A stretch of DNA of 64,000 bases from Pseudomonadota bacterium (GCA_027623555.1 JAQBSZ010000003.1:115082-179081), one strand, 5' to 3'; shown: positions 29,603 to 38,879, counted from the stretch's first letter. The notes: generated by a model from the letters alone, not told the origin. Translations and numbers: made by a program.

Positions 29603-30310
29603 ATGTCCAAATCTCCCCAGTCCATTGTAGTGCTGAGCGGCGCCGGAATCTCTGCAGAATCCGGTATAGAAACTTTTCGCTCTGAGGACGGACTTTGGGC
29701 AAACCATCCAGTGGATGAAGTGGCAACGCCAGAGGGCTTCGCCCGCAATCCGTCACTTGTTTACGAATTTTATAACATGCGGCGCCGGCAATTGCTGTCC
29801 GATAAGATCAGGCCTAACGCGGCTCATACGGCTTTGGCAAAATTTGAGCATGAGTTTCCTGGGTCTTTCCTGTTGGTCACTCAGAACATCGATAATTTGC
29901 ACGAGCGCGCTGGCAGCCAAAACCTGTTGCACATGCATGGTGAACTGTTAAAGATGCGCTGTCTGAATTCGAAGATGGTATTCGATATCAGGAAGGACAT
30001 CGGTTTCGACACCCATTGTCGGTGTTGTCGCTCTCCCGGTAACGTGCGCCCCCACATCGTCTGGTTCGGCGAAATGCCTTTTCATATGCAGCAGATCAAT
30101 AGCGCACTGCAGAGTTGTGATCTGTTTGTCGCCATCGGTACTTCCGGCAATGTCTACCCCGCGTCCGGGTTCTACCAGACCGCGAAAATTCGTAAAGCCC
30201 ACACCGTGGAACTCAACCTGGAAGAAACCGGCTCAGCCTTCGATAGCCACGTTTATGGTCCAGCGACAGAAGTCGTCCCGGCCTATTTCGAGGCATTGCT
30301 TGCGACATAG
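29603..30310 (+). CDS. cobB: NAD-dependent protein deacylase (Sir2 family)
   Basis: [29 protein letters not shown], zinc-binding CxxC...Cxx[10 protein letters not shown]. Confidence 0.85.
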   Translation: MSKSPQSIVVLSGAGISAESGIETFRSEDGLWANHPVDEVATPEGFARNPSLVYEFYNMRRRQLLSDKIRPNAAHTALAKFEHEFPGSFLLVTQNIDNLHERAGSQNLLHMHGELLKMRCLNSKMVFDIRKDIGFDTHCRCCRSPGNVRPHIVWFGEMPFHMQQINSALQSCDLFVAIGTSGNVYPASGFYQTAKIRKAHTVELNLEETGSAFDSHVYGPATEVVPAYFEALLAT

Positions 30311-30328
30311 AATAAGCGCCAGCTGAAC

Positions 30329-32488
30329 CTAGAAGAAGAACTGCATGCCGATACCGTCGCCATATTCCGTATCGGAATGTACGGTAATGGCTAAGCGATT
30401 GCTCAATCTGTAGTTAAAACCATAACGGCGCTCGTTATCGGTATTCCAACGCCAGTCAAACCCGAAGCGCTTGGTGAGGCGCACGTCCGACTGCAACTCC
30501 AGGCGAAACTCGCCGTGATCATCGACTCGCCACTCACTGTCGATCATGAATGGCAGCGTGACATTGAGCCCGGCGATGGTGATGTCATGACTGTTATCGT
30601 GGTGGTGTTCGCGCGTTTCCATGCCAGCAAAGCCAGAGACAAACCGGTTGAAGTGATAGTTATAAAGCAAATGAACTTCATAGGTATCGACCATGTCGGC
30701 ATCCAGCTCGAAGTCGAAGGAATGTCGGTCATCGGACAGCGTGAACTCATAATCCATGAACTGAGACATGAGGTGAAACTCATCGATGCGATACCAGCGT
30801 TTATCAGGCTGAATCTGTTTGCCGATTAGCTCAGTAAACAGGGAACTGTCTTCGTAGCTGATCACGCGGTTCATACCAGTCTTCATGTGATACTGGTTAT
30901 GACAATGGAACAGCCAGTCTTCTTCTTCACTAGCAGCGAACTCGATTATCACTTGTCCCATGGGCGCTATGTTGACCGTATGTTTGAGCGGGCTGCGTTC
31001 GCCGTGCTGGTTGACGACGCGAAAAAAGTGACCATGCAAGTGTAGCGGATGGTGCATCATAGTGTCGTTACTCAGGTGGAAGCGCACGTTCTCACCTTTA
31101 CGGATGAGTACCTGGGCCTCCTCCCGAGAGGTTTTGCCATTGAAACTCCACACATAGCGTTCCATGCTGCCAGTAAGAGTCAAATCGACATCCCGCCAGT
31201 GCCGGTTACCGGGTAATACAGTAGAGACGCGCGCCTGCAGATGCTCGTAATCTGTCATGTGTTCGATCACATCACTGCTCATGGGCATTGCCATCTGTTG
31301 CGGCACGGGCATCGCCACCGCGTCGGTGGCATTTTGCTGATGCGCAGTGTGATCCGTAGCATCGGTAGAATCTGCGGCTGTCTGGCTCTGTGGCATGGGC
31401 ATATCCATGTCATGACTCATCTCCATCTCCATATCCATGTCCATATCCATGTCCATGTCCATGTTCATGTTCATATCCATGGCATTCATCAGATACAGGT
31501 TAGGCGGCGGCACATCCGGGGCCGGGACACGTTGACCGTCACCGACGAATACGCTGCTATGGCCCGTGCCGTCAATTGATGTGGCACGTAGTTCGAATGC
31601 CTGACCAGTCATGACCGGTACCAGCACATCATAGGTTTCAGCGGTTGAAATACGCAGGCGTTGCACTGGAATTGGTTCGACATTCTGTCCGTCTGCCGCA
31701 ACAATCGTCATCGGGCCACCGGCATATTCCACGTCGTAGTAACTGGAGGTGGACCCATTAATCATGCGCAGCTTGATTTGCCCGGCGGAGGAATCAAGTA
31801 CTGAAACGGCGCTCTCGCGCTGACCGTTGGCGAGGAACGCATCATAAGCTACATCGGCAAGATCCATCGGTCCCATGCGTGTATAGGCACTATTGAGACG
31901 ATTGCGGATCGCCGGGCGACCATTGGCGAGCACATTGTCCCAGGACTGCACCGTGTCCTTTTTATAGGCGTAGAAATCATCCGCTTTCTTCAGATTCGCC
32001 AGCACCTGTTCTGCGTCTTCGTCAATCCAGTCGGAGAACAGCACGACTTCTTCCTGCAGCAGGGTTTCTGCGTTCGGTTCACTCAAGACAATCGATCCAT
32101 ACACGCCGCGCTGAATCTGCAGTTCAGTATGGGAGTGGTACCAGAAAGTGCCACTATGCAGGATCGGAAATTCGAAGGTATGGGAAGCGCCGGGGGCGAT
32201 GGGCTGAGTGTTCAGATACGGCACACCATCCTGGTTTCCAGGCAACAGTATTCCGTGCCAGTGGACAGACGTTGATTCATGCAATCTGTTGTTAAAAGTG
32301 ACGCGCAGGGTATCACCAACCCGGGCTCTCAGCGTCGGTGCTGGTATCTGATCGGCGATACTGAGTGCTTCAACGGGAGTACCGGTGATGTTTACGGGTT
32401 TGGTGTCTATATCAAACTCGTAGCTGACAGTGGCGGCGAAACTGAACGCGGGTAATACAAAAAGTAAATACAGGATTCGAACAGACAC
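30329..32488 (-). CDS. multicopper oxidase (CopA-like) fused to a C-terminal CopB-like outer-membrane domain
   Basis: MCO copper motifs HWHGILLP, WYHSHTELQ, HPLHLHGHFF, HCHNQYHMKTGM, and a Met/Asp-rich tract. These are followed by ~177 aa with alternating beta-strand-like pattern ending ...GIGMQFFF (terminal aromatic residue as in OM barrels; resembles CopB/PcoB). The start is taken at GTG 32488 (MSVRILYLLFVLPAFSFA signal) preceded by GGAGAAGAG. Confidence 0.7.
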   Translation of the reverse strand: MSVRILYLLFVLPAFSFAATVSYEFDIDTKPVNITGTPVEALSIADQIPAPTLRARVGDTLRVTFNNRLHESTSVHWHGILLPGNQDGVPYLNTQPIAPGASHTFEFPILHSGTFWYHSHTELQIQRGVYGSIVLSEPNAETLLQEEVVLFSDWIDEDAEQVLANLKKADDFYAYKKDTVQSWDNVLANGRPAIRNRLNSAYTRMGPMDLADVAYDAFLANGQRESAVSVLDSSAGQIKLRMINGSTSSYYDVEYAGGPMTIVAADGQNVEPIPVQRLRISTAETYDVLVPVMTGQAFELRATSIDGTGHSSVFVGDGQRVPAPDVPPPNLYLMNAMDMNMNMDMDMDMDMDMEMEMSHDMDMPMPQSQTAADSTDATDHTAHQQNATDAVAMPVPQQMAMPMSSDVIEHMTDYEHLQARVSTVLPGNRHWRDVDLTLTGSMERYVWSFNGKTSREEAQVLIRKGENVRFHLSNDTMMHHPLHLHGHFFRVVNQHGERSPLKHTVNIAPMGQVIIEFAASEEEDWLFHCHNQYHMKTGMNRVISYEDSSLFTELIGKQIQPDKRWYRIDEFHLMSQFMDYEFTLSDDRHSFDFELDADMVDTYEVHLLYNYHFNRFVSGFAGMETREHHHDNSHDITIAGLNVTLPFMIDSEWRVDDHGEFRLELQSDVRLTKRFGFDWRWNTDNERRYGFNYRLSNRLAITVHSDTEYGDGIGMQFFF
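31400..31490 (-). repeat. coding hexanucleotide repeat (ATGGAY/ATGAAY/ATGGAG) encoding MNMNMDMDMDMDMDMEMEM
   Basis: On the + strand this reads ...catctccatctccatatccatgtccatatccatgtccatgtccatgttcatgttcatatccat... Confidence 0.9.
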
Positions 32489-32534
32489 GACTCTTCTCCA
32501 TGGAAAAACAAAGGTGGCAGGGAACTGGAGAGAG

Positions 32535-32921
32535 TTAGCGGGTTGGTGGCGGCAGTAATAGATCCAGTGCAATCGACTGGTAATGATTGGAAAACCTTGA
32601 ACTCAATGATTGATTTGGCAGGGATTGTCTCTGGCTGCTTATCGAGCCAAAACCAACCGAACTGACGCAGCAGATATCGTCACAGAGACAGTCTTTGTCC
32701 CCCTGCTCCATTGCTGGGTTAGTCGAATCCATGGTTGATGCATCATGTGATGCCATGCTATGGGACTCGTACCCGGATGAAGCCGCGTGCTGGTGCCCAT
32801 CATGAGTGATGAATTCCAGAGCCATGCTGCTATTGGTGAGCAACAGCATGATCAGGAGCCCGCAGAGGCGTTTGTAAGAGCTTGGTCTTTGCATTTGTAA
32901 ATCCGGTCGTGCACGAAACAC
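32535..32921 (-). CDS. small exported His/Cys-rich protein (possible DUF2946-like copper-associated protein)
   Basis: Signal-like LCGLLIMLLLTNSSMA, then HDGHQHAASSGYESHSMASHD and DCLCDDICC, ending LLLPPPTR. It lies immediately upstream of the MCO gene on the same strand. Confidence 0.45.
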   Translation of the reverse strand: MFRARPDLQMQRPSSYKRLCGLLIMLLLTNSSMALEFITHDGHQHAASSGYESHSMASHDASTMDSTNPAMEQGDKDCLCDDICCVSSVGFGSISSQRQSLPNQSLSSRFSNHYQSIALDLLLPPPTR

Positions 32922-33107
32922 TAGCCGGATTTACTCGTGAACACAAGCACTTACCACTATTGACCTGATAGCGGCGGCTAGATGTACAGTACTCCGGTTG
33001 CTGCTGCTGGCCTGAATCATCAACACCATGTCAAACTGATCTGGTCTACCTTTCCATCTGCTATATACTCCCGATCTCACCTCTTTATTCAGATCGAAGG
33101 ACGCATC

Positions 33108-34247
33108 ATGTTAGGCAAGATTCTCAAGGTCCTGGGCGGAATCGTGGTGACCGTTGTGGTACTGGCCCTGGTGATCTATATCGCCACCGGGCCCGCACAG
33201 CCTCCGGCAGACTCAAGCAGCGGCAGCTGGCTGGAACCCGGTCCCTTTACAGTCGGACAAGCTGAATTTGTCTTCGTCGATACCAGCAGGGCCACGAACG
33301 TGAATCGCGGTATTCCTGGCAGGCCCGAGCGAACCTTTCCCACTACTGTCTGGTACCCCCAGGACTTGGCGGGCGAACTCCCGCTCATCATCCATAGCCA
33401 CGGCATCATGTCCGCCCGCAACGAGATGGCCTACCTGGCGGAGAATCTGGCCAGTAACGGCTACGTGATTGCCGCCACCGATTTTCCCCTGACTAATGGT
33501 GGAACGGCCGGTGGCGCGAATGCCGCCGATGTCGTAAACCAGCCGGCCGACGTGTCTTTTCTTATCGATGCGGTGTTGGCGCTGTCCGGTGACTCGAGAC
33601 CCTTTGCTGGAACCATTGATGAAGATCGCATCGGCCTGACTGGCTTATCCCTGGGAGGCTTGACCACGACACTCACGACTTACCATCCGCGCTGGCGTGA
33701 GCCGCGAGTAAAGGCAGCGATATCGATTGCCGGCCCCAGCGCCGTGTTCACCGAGCAGTTCTACACGACAACTGCTATTCCTTTTCTCATGATTGCCGGC
33801 ACTTCCGATGCACTGGTGGATCATCGCAGTAATGCCGCGGTGATTCCCGAACGCATCGACAACGGTGCCCTGGTCACCATCGCCGGCGGATCTCACCTGG
33901 GTTTCATCGGATTGGCCGAGCCGATGTTCCGGTTCATGACCAATCCCGATACCGTGGGTTGCCAGGGTGTGCTTGCGGTGTTGGATGAAGACCCGAATGA
34001 TGTCTATCTAGCGATGGGAACCAAAGAGGAAGGCATAGTCGCCGACCCGAACGCGCCGGGAGTCTGTGAAAATCTCCCGCCTCCGGCAGCAAGCCACCCG
34101 GGTCGACAGCAGATGATTACGCAGATCGCCGTGCTGAGTTTTTTCGAGTCGGTGTTCGCCGCGACAGAGGACCAGCGTTCGGCGGCACGTGACCAGCTGG
34201 AGATAGCGCTGGCACAGGATTTTGAAGAAGCCAGCTTTCAAAAGTAA
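33108..34247 (+). CDS. membrane-anchored alpha/beta hydrolase (PAF-acetylhydrolase/dienelactone-hydrolase-like)
   Basis: From ATG 33108: TM anchor MLGKILKVLGGIVVTVVVLALVIYI, GLSLGG nucleophile elbow, GGSHLGF. Confidence 0.65.
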   Translation: MLGKILKVLGGIVVTVVVLALVIYIATGPAQPPADSSSGSWLEPGPFTVGQAEFVFVDTSRATNVNRGIPGRPERTFPTTVWYPQDLAGELPLIIHSHGIMSARNEMAYLAENLASNGYVIAATDFPLTNGGTAGGANAADVVNQPADVSFLIDAVLALSGDSRPFAGTIDEDRIGLTGLSLGGLTTTLTTYHPRWREPRVKAAISIAGPSAVFTEQFYTTTAIPFLMIAGTSDALVDHRSNAAVIPERIDNGALVTIAGGSHLGFIGLAEPMFRFMTNPDTVGCQGVLAVLDEDPNDVYLAMGTKEEGIVADPNAPGVCENLPPPAASHPGRQQMITQIAVLSFFESVFAATEDQRSAARDQLEIALAQDFEEASFQK

Positions 34248-34267
34248 GCGAGGCGATGCTGAACTGG

Positions 34268-34852
34268 CTAATCTGCACAGCCAGAAACCTGCTTCGCCAG
34301 CCTGACCAGGCCTTCGACGGTAGCTTTCAACATGCCTGCACGGTTCGGGTCTTTCAGTTCACCCTCCGCATCGAATGCCTCGCCACCGAATCCAATCGCT
34401 ACTTGTGACGGGGCTACAGTCACCCCGATATTGCCCAGCATCATACGCAGCGGCACCAGTCCACGAATTCCTCCTAGCCCGCCCGGAGACACGGCCCCTA
34501 ATGCAGCAACCTTGCCTCGGTAGGCAATCAGCGAGGGCTCGTTTTCGCCATGGGGCCTGGAGATCCAGTCGAGAGAATTTTTCAGTAGCGGTGGAATGGA
34601 ACTGTTGTATTCCGGTGAGGCAATGAAGAAGCCAGCATGCTCGCTGAAGAGCTGTTTCAGCTTAAGGGCATTTTCTGGAACCCCAAGGGTAGCCTCGAGA
34701 TCGCCGTCATACAGCGGCATCTCATAATCTGCAAGATCTACCAGCGTAACCTCTGCACCTGCCTGACGCGCCATAGCGGCGGCGAGCTTGGCAAGTTTCT
34801 TGTTCATCGAATCCTTGCGCACACTGCCGGCAAAAAAAAGCAACTTGACCAT
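34268..34852 (-). CDS. NAD(P)H-dependent FMN reductase family oxidoreductase
   Basis: MVKLLFFAGSVRKDSMNKKLA..., ...FIASPEYNSSIPPLLKN... Typical of the NADPH-dependent FMN reductase family. Confidence 0.8.
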   Translation of the reverse strand: MVKLLFFAGSVRKDSMNKKLAKLAAAMARQAGAEVTLVDLADYEMPLYDGDLEATLGVPENALKLKQLFSEHAGFFIASPEYNSSIPPLLKNSLDWISRPHGENEPSLIAYRGKVAALGAVSPGGLGGIRGLVPLRMMLGNIGVTVAPSQVAIGFGGEAFDAEGELKDPNRAGMLKATVEGLVRLAKQVSGCAD

Positions 34853-34908
34853 AATATTCTTCCAGAATTCTGCTGCGAGGCTGACTTCCCTGATGTAATC
34901 GTCTATCT

Positions 34909-34943
34909 GCTCATATGCTCATATGCTCATATGCTCATATGCT
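34909..34943. repeat. 8-bp tandem repeat (GCTCATAT) x 4.4
   Basis: gctcatat gctcatat gctcatat gctcatat gct, a perfect intergenic repeat. It lies 56 nt upstream of the FMN-reductase start codon and 5 nt downstream of the stop of 34949..35818. Confidence 0.95.
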
Positions 34944-34948
34944 GTTAA

Positions 34949-35818
34949 TCAATATCCCTGATATTCTTCTGGCTCAACTATTGCATTAGTGCTCACACTG
35001 ATGATCTGCGGTGAGCCGAAAACAATCGGGTTGTCGCTAACCGGAAACAGATTAATTTCGTATACGTCATTGCCGATGACCAGGGCTGGGATGTACAGTG
35101 TACTTTCTGCAGTTAATTCGGCAAGTCCATCACCAGGCAACACGGTGGCCGAATAGAAAAAGAAATCATCGCGCAGGCTGAACTCTAACGTTGCAACATT
35201 GACATCGAATGAAATAAACACCAGTCCCAATCCAGGAACGTTTATCATTGGCACGTTCATCACCAATGATACCGCATTAAAACTGGCGCTCATTGGCACA
35301 TTCATAGTGGCAGACAAGCTATTGAAATTGGTAGGGCTGGCCGTTGTCGGCAGTCCATTTTCGCCCAGAGACTGAATCCCATTCTGGGGAAATTCGTTCT
35401 CACCATAATCCACGACATCCGTACCATCGGCAAAATCTACGGCGCCGCCTCTTGCTACCACGAAACCATCCGGAATAAGGTAGTCCGCGCTCAATCCAGT
35501 CAGGTTCGTAAAGCCAGTGGTGGCGATTAAAAGATTTCTGTTCGCCGTGTCACCGCTGAGATTGGCATTAAACACATAGCTGGCGTGGAGTTGGCCATTC
35601 TTGTCAAATGTCATTAATTGATGACCTGCCAGTTGAGTCTGTCCGCCAGAACTGGAATGCAATTCGATATACTGCACAGTCCCGGTTGAATCACTGAACA
35701 CCTCACTGATGCTCCATAGATGAAAGTCAGCGAAGGCCAGGATCGGGGAAAATGTCAAAAAGAAAATGCAACTCAGAAATGCAAAATTTCTAATCAAAGG
35801 TAACAAAGCCATCATCAT
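34949..35818 (-). CDS. secreted protein of unknown function (possible lamin-tail-domain-like N-terminus)
   Basis: Signal peptide; ISEVFSDSTGTVQYIELHSSSGG resembles LTD INE...EFIEL. The remainder is beta-rich. Confidence 0.4.
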   Translation of the reverse strand: MMMALLPLIRNFAFLSCIFFLTFSPILAFADFHLWSISEVFSDSTGTVQYIELHSSSGGQTQLAGHQLMTFDKNGQLHASYVFNANLSGDTANRNLLIATTGFTNLTGLSADYLIPDGFVVARGGAVDFADGTDVVDYGENEFPQNGIQSLGENGLPTTASPTNFNSLSATMNVPMSASFNAVSLVMNVPMINVPGLGLVFISFDVNVATLEFSLRDDFFFYSATVLPGDGLAELTAESTLYIPALVIGNDVYEINLFPVSDNPIVFGSPQIISVSTNAIVEPEEYQGY

Positions 35819-35869
35819 GTGTCCTCCTCGAGGCTCGATTCAGAGTTAATGAACAAGCAGGCGACCTAT

Positions 35870-38203
35870 CTATATTGAGAACCCAATCGTTTCAGGCAAC
35901 AGACAATTCGTATCATTGCAGAGTTGAATTACCAGCTCAACACTACAACTAAATGCTAGTTCATCTTCGCCAATTCCTGTTGGACTGAATGTTGCAACTA
36001 TATCAATATCGCCTTGATAGATCTTTAATTCGTCGTTGCTTGATAAAGTCTCAGACGATTCTGGAAAACTTATCGTGTTTACTTTCCAATAGACTTCCTT
36101 CTTGGGAAGTCGTAATTCAACAGGCACAAAGTTGTCAAATTGAGATTGTTGTAAATCCTGGGGAGCTGTAACGTGCCACCCTCTTGCAATGGACACTTTC
36201 GCAGTAATGGATAGATTCGTACTCATCTCGTTTACATCACGAGCAACTCTAACCTTTGCCAATCCATTACCTGCATATTGAATAGATTCAAGCTCCCCGG
36301 CTTCATAGTCAGAGATTATCCGCAGCAGACTGGTGTGGTTCATCGCATGCTCATTGATATGCGCGCTGAGCGAGGCAATCAGTGCATCTACTTTTTCTCG
36401 ATAGAACAATGCCGCATTCCTTCGTGCTAGCAAGGTATTGCGGCCATGCATTAATACCAAGCAATGCAGCGCGGTTGACACCGGAGAAAGGGTCGCCCCA
36501 TCACCGGCATTGCGAGACCGGATTGTTTGCGGTCCGACCTGCTTCTGCGGGCTAAGGAAAAATCCTCCATGCTCCCGGTCCCAGAATTCTTCCAGCATCT
36601 GGTCTGTGAGTCGCTCTGCCCACGCGAGGTAATCACGCTTTGCGGAGATGTCGTACAGGGCGATCAATGCCTCGATAAAATTGGCGTAGTCTTCCAGCAA
36701 TCCGTCAATAGATGAAGCATCATTTAGATAGATGCGCAGCAACCTGCCCTTGCTATCAACATTTTTGTGATAGATGAAGGCGGCGGCTTTCTCTGCACTG
36801 TCCAGCCACTGTTGATTGTTAAAATAGCATCCTGCTCTGGCCAGCGTAGTTATCATGGCGCCGGACCAGGCGACAATCAGCTTGTCATCTCGCAGTGGAT
36901 GCAGGCGGAGAGCTCGAGCCTGATAGAGTTTTGCGCGAATGGCATCGAGCGTAATGGTAAATCCTGCACCATATTCCTGTTCATGTTCTGCGAGAGACTT
37001 CGACAGGTTCAATATATTGGATCCTTCGAAATTGCCCAGCCGAGTGACGCCGTAAACGGACACTGCAACTTCGACTTCTTGGGGAGTCAACACTGCCTCG
37101 AGTTCATCGATCGTCCACAGAAAGAAGATTCCTTCGGCACCTTCGCTATCGGCATCGGTCGCCGAATAGAATCCGCCCACAGCAATCTGCATGTCTCGAG
37201 TGACATAATCCAGGGTCTGTTCACAGATACGCCGAAAAAAGGAATTACCGGTTAATTGAAAGGCTTCGAGGTAGACCAATGCCAGCTGCGACTGGTTATA
37301 GAGCATTTTCTCGAAATGTGGCACCAACCAGTGTTCGTCCACTGAGTAGCGATGGAATCCTCCAGCTACCTGGTCATAGATACCACCGCGGCCCATTCCT
37401 TCCAGGGCTCGGCTTACAAAACCAAGCGATTTTGTATCCCGGTCGCGGCGTGCCCGATCCAGTATAAACAGCAGCAGTGGTTCCTGCGGAAACTTGGGTG
37501 CGCCGGCTAATCCGCCGAGACTTCGATCCTCGCGCTGAAACAAGGCCTGTGCCACGGTGTCGGACAAGCTCTTCTCCAGCGCCACTGACTTTTTCCTATC
37601 ACTCAGTATACGATTAATAGCCTCGTTAACACTGTTGGCACTGGTTTGAAGTTCCTGGAATTTATCTCGCCATGCTGCGACAATTTGCTGTAGCAATTTC
37701 ACGAAACTTGGCGCAGGAAAATAAGTCGCCGCAAAAAATGGTTTGCCGTCTGGCATCAGGAAGTTGGACATGGGCCAGCCACCCTGCCCCGACATCAGCT
37801 GCACACCCATCATGTAGATCTCATCAATATCCGGGTACTGCTCGCGATCCATCTTGATACTGATGAAATCCTTATTCAGCACCTTGGCAACTTCCACGTT
37901 ATCGAAGCTTTCCACTTCCATGACATGACACCAGTGGCAGGTTGAATAGCCGATCGATAAGAAAATTGGTTTACCTTCTACTCTGGCGACTTCGAACGCC
38001 TCGGATCCCCATGCAAACCAGTTCACCGGATTATGGGCATGCTGAAGCAGATAGGGCGAGTCTTCCAGGATCAGACGGTTGATGAAGTTGGCAGTGCCAT
38101 CGGCGCCCAGGTGCTCGGTACGCTTATCATAGCTCCCCGCTTTCTCGGCCTCGACTTGCCGTAAGCTCTTCTCGAGTTCGGCATTCCCGCTTGATGCTCT
38201 CAT
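35870..38203 (-). CDS. thioredoxin-domain (DUF255/YyaL) protein with six-hairpin glycosidase-like middle domain and an extra C-terminal domain
   Basis: [40 protein letters not shown] is the DUF255 signature. At 777 aa it is ~100 aa longer than I expect for this family. Confidence 0.8.
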   Translation of the reverse strand: MRASSGNAELEKSLRQVEAEKAGSYDKRTEHLGADGTANFINRLILEDSPYLLQHAHNPVNWFAWGSEAFEVARVEGKPIFLSIGYSTCHWCHVMEVESFDNVEVAKVLNKDFISIKMDREQYPDIDEIYMMGVQLMSGQGGWPMSNFLMPDGKPFFAATYFPAPSFVKLLQQIVAAWRDKFQELQTSANSVNEAINRILSDRKKSVALEKSLSDTVAQALFQREDRSLGGLAGAPKFPQEPLLLFILDRARRDRDTKSLGFVSRALEGMGRGGIYDQVAGGFHRYSVDEHWLVPHFEKMLYNQSQLALVYLEAFQLTGNSFFRRICEQTLDYVTRDMQIAVGGFYSATDADSEGAEGIFFLWTIDELEAVLTPQEVEVAVSVYGVTRLGNFEGSNILNLSKSLAEHEQEYGAGFTITLDAIRAKLYQARALRLHPLRDDKLIVAWSGAMITTLARAGCYFNNQQWLDSAEKAAAFIYHKNVDSKGRLLRIYLNDASSIDGLLEDYANFIEALIALYDISAKRDYLAWAERLTDQMLEEFWDREHGGFFLSPQKQVGPQTIRSRNAGDGATLSPVSTALHCLVLMHGRNTLLARRNAALFYREKVDALIASLSAHINEHAMNHTSLLRIISDYEAGELESIQYAGNGLAKVRVARDVNEMSTNLSITAKVSIARGWHVTAPQDLQQSQFDNFVPVELRLPKKEVYWKVNTISFPESSETLSSNDELKIYQGDIDIVATFSPTGIGEDELAFSCSVELVIQLCNDTNCLLPETIGFSI

Positions 38204-38258
38204 TCACTGATCCTGTTGCACGATCGAAGTAACTCCATACAGGCCTGCAGCCCAGGAG

Positions 38259-38287
38259 TTACCAGCTTCTTAACTATGCCCTATATT
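38259..38287 (+). promoter_or_regulatory. sigma70-like promoter (TTACCA - 17 bp - TATATT)
   Basis: -35 at 38259-38264 and -10 at 38282-38287 with an exactly 17-bp spacer. There is no + strand CDS downstream. Confidence 0.35.
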
Positions 38288-38293
38288 TGTGAA

Positions 38294-38400
38294 ATAAACA
38301 GGCGCGAATCCAGTTCTACTGTTGTGGATCGCTCTGTTTCTGCACAAGTGATCCTTAATTGCCCTTCTTAAGCCCCTACCATTGGTAGGGGCATTTTTTT
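38294..38400 (+). ncRNA. candidate ~105-nt sRNA (orphan promoter to intrinsic terminator)
   Basis: Bounded by the promoter above and the terminator below. It lies in the 280-bp gap between two minus-strand genes and has no ORF. Confidence 0.35.
38372..38400 (+). terminator. rho-independent terminator, + strand specific
   Basis: GCCCCTACC-ATT-GGTAGGGGC followed by A then T7 (38394-38400). On the minus strand the hairpin is followed by CTTAAGAAGG, with no U-tract. Confidence 0.65.
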
Positions 38401-38483
38401 GAGGATTATTTTTAAAAGACCGTTCTAAAGAGCTTTTTTAAAAGTCTCGTGAGGATTTTCGTTTATCGATTTTCGAGAACGGC

Positions 38484-38879
38484 CTAAAACAGAGCTTTTA
38501 GTTCTTCCGGAAAATACGGTCTGTTTCTTTCATTAACAGCCGTCGCGGTAATCTTCGCTTCCAACATGAGTTCTCCATTGGGCTGCTTGCAAATTACCTG
38601 CTGAAATTCCATCCTGATTCGGGAAGCTTGAACAGCTCTTACAGTAACCACGAAGCTATCTCCGGTTCGCAGCGACTGTCGATAGTCAAGCTCAGCGCGG
38701 GTCACGACGATGATGACACCTCGTGCCGTGAGATCGGCGAAGCTGAGTCCGCGACTCAGCAGAAATTCATGGCGCGCCCACTCCAGATAATTCTGATAGA
38801 CCGCATTATTGACCAGACCCTGCATGTCGCACTCATAGTCGCGAACATTCATTTCCAGACTGAAAATCGAGTCACCCAT
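38484..38879 (-). CDS. acyl-CoA thioesterase, 4HBT (YbgC/FadM-like) family
   Basis: From ATG 38879: MGDSIFSLEMNVRDYECDMQGLVNNAVYQNYLEWARHEFL. Hotdog-fold YbgC-type pattern (DxxGHVxNxxY-like). Confidence 0.8.
   Translation of the reverse strand: MGDSIFSLEMNVRDYECDMQGLVNNAVYQNYLEWARHEFLLSRGLSFADLTARGVIIVVTRAELDYRQSLRTGDSFVVTVRAVQASRIRMEFQQVICKQPNGELMLEAKITATAVNERNRPYFPEELKALF

Noticed and set aside
34909-34943. CRISPR array.
   Set aside because: This is a contiguous 8-bp tandem repeat with no spacers. No other regularly spaced 25-40-bp repeats and no cas genes were seen anywhere in the window.
38419-38484. Long-range hairpin GACCGTTCT...AGAACGGCC as a separate regulatory element.
   Set aside because: The match is 8 of 9 and it overlaps the thioesterase stop codon. 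On the minus strand it is followed by TTTTAAAAAT. It is most simply the terminator of the thioesterase gene, and it was too weak to list as a feature.
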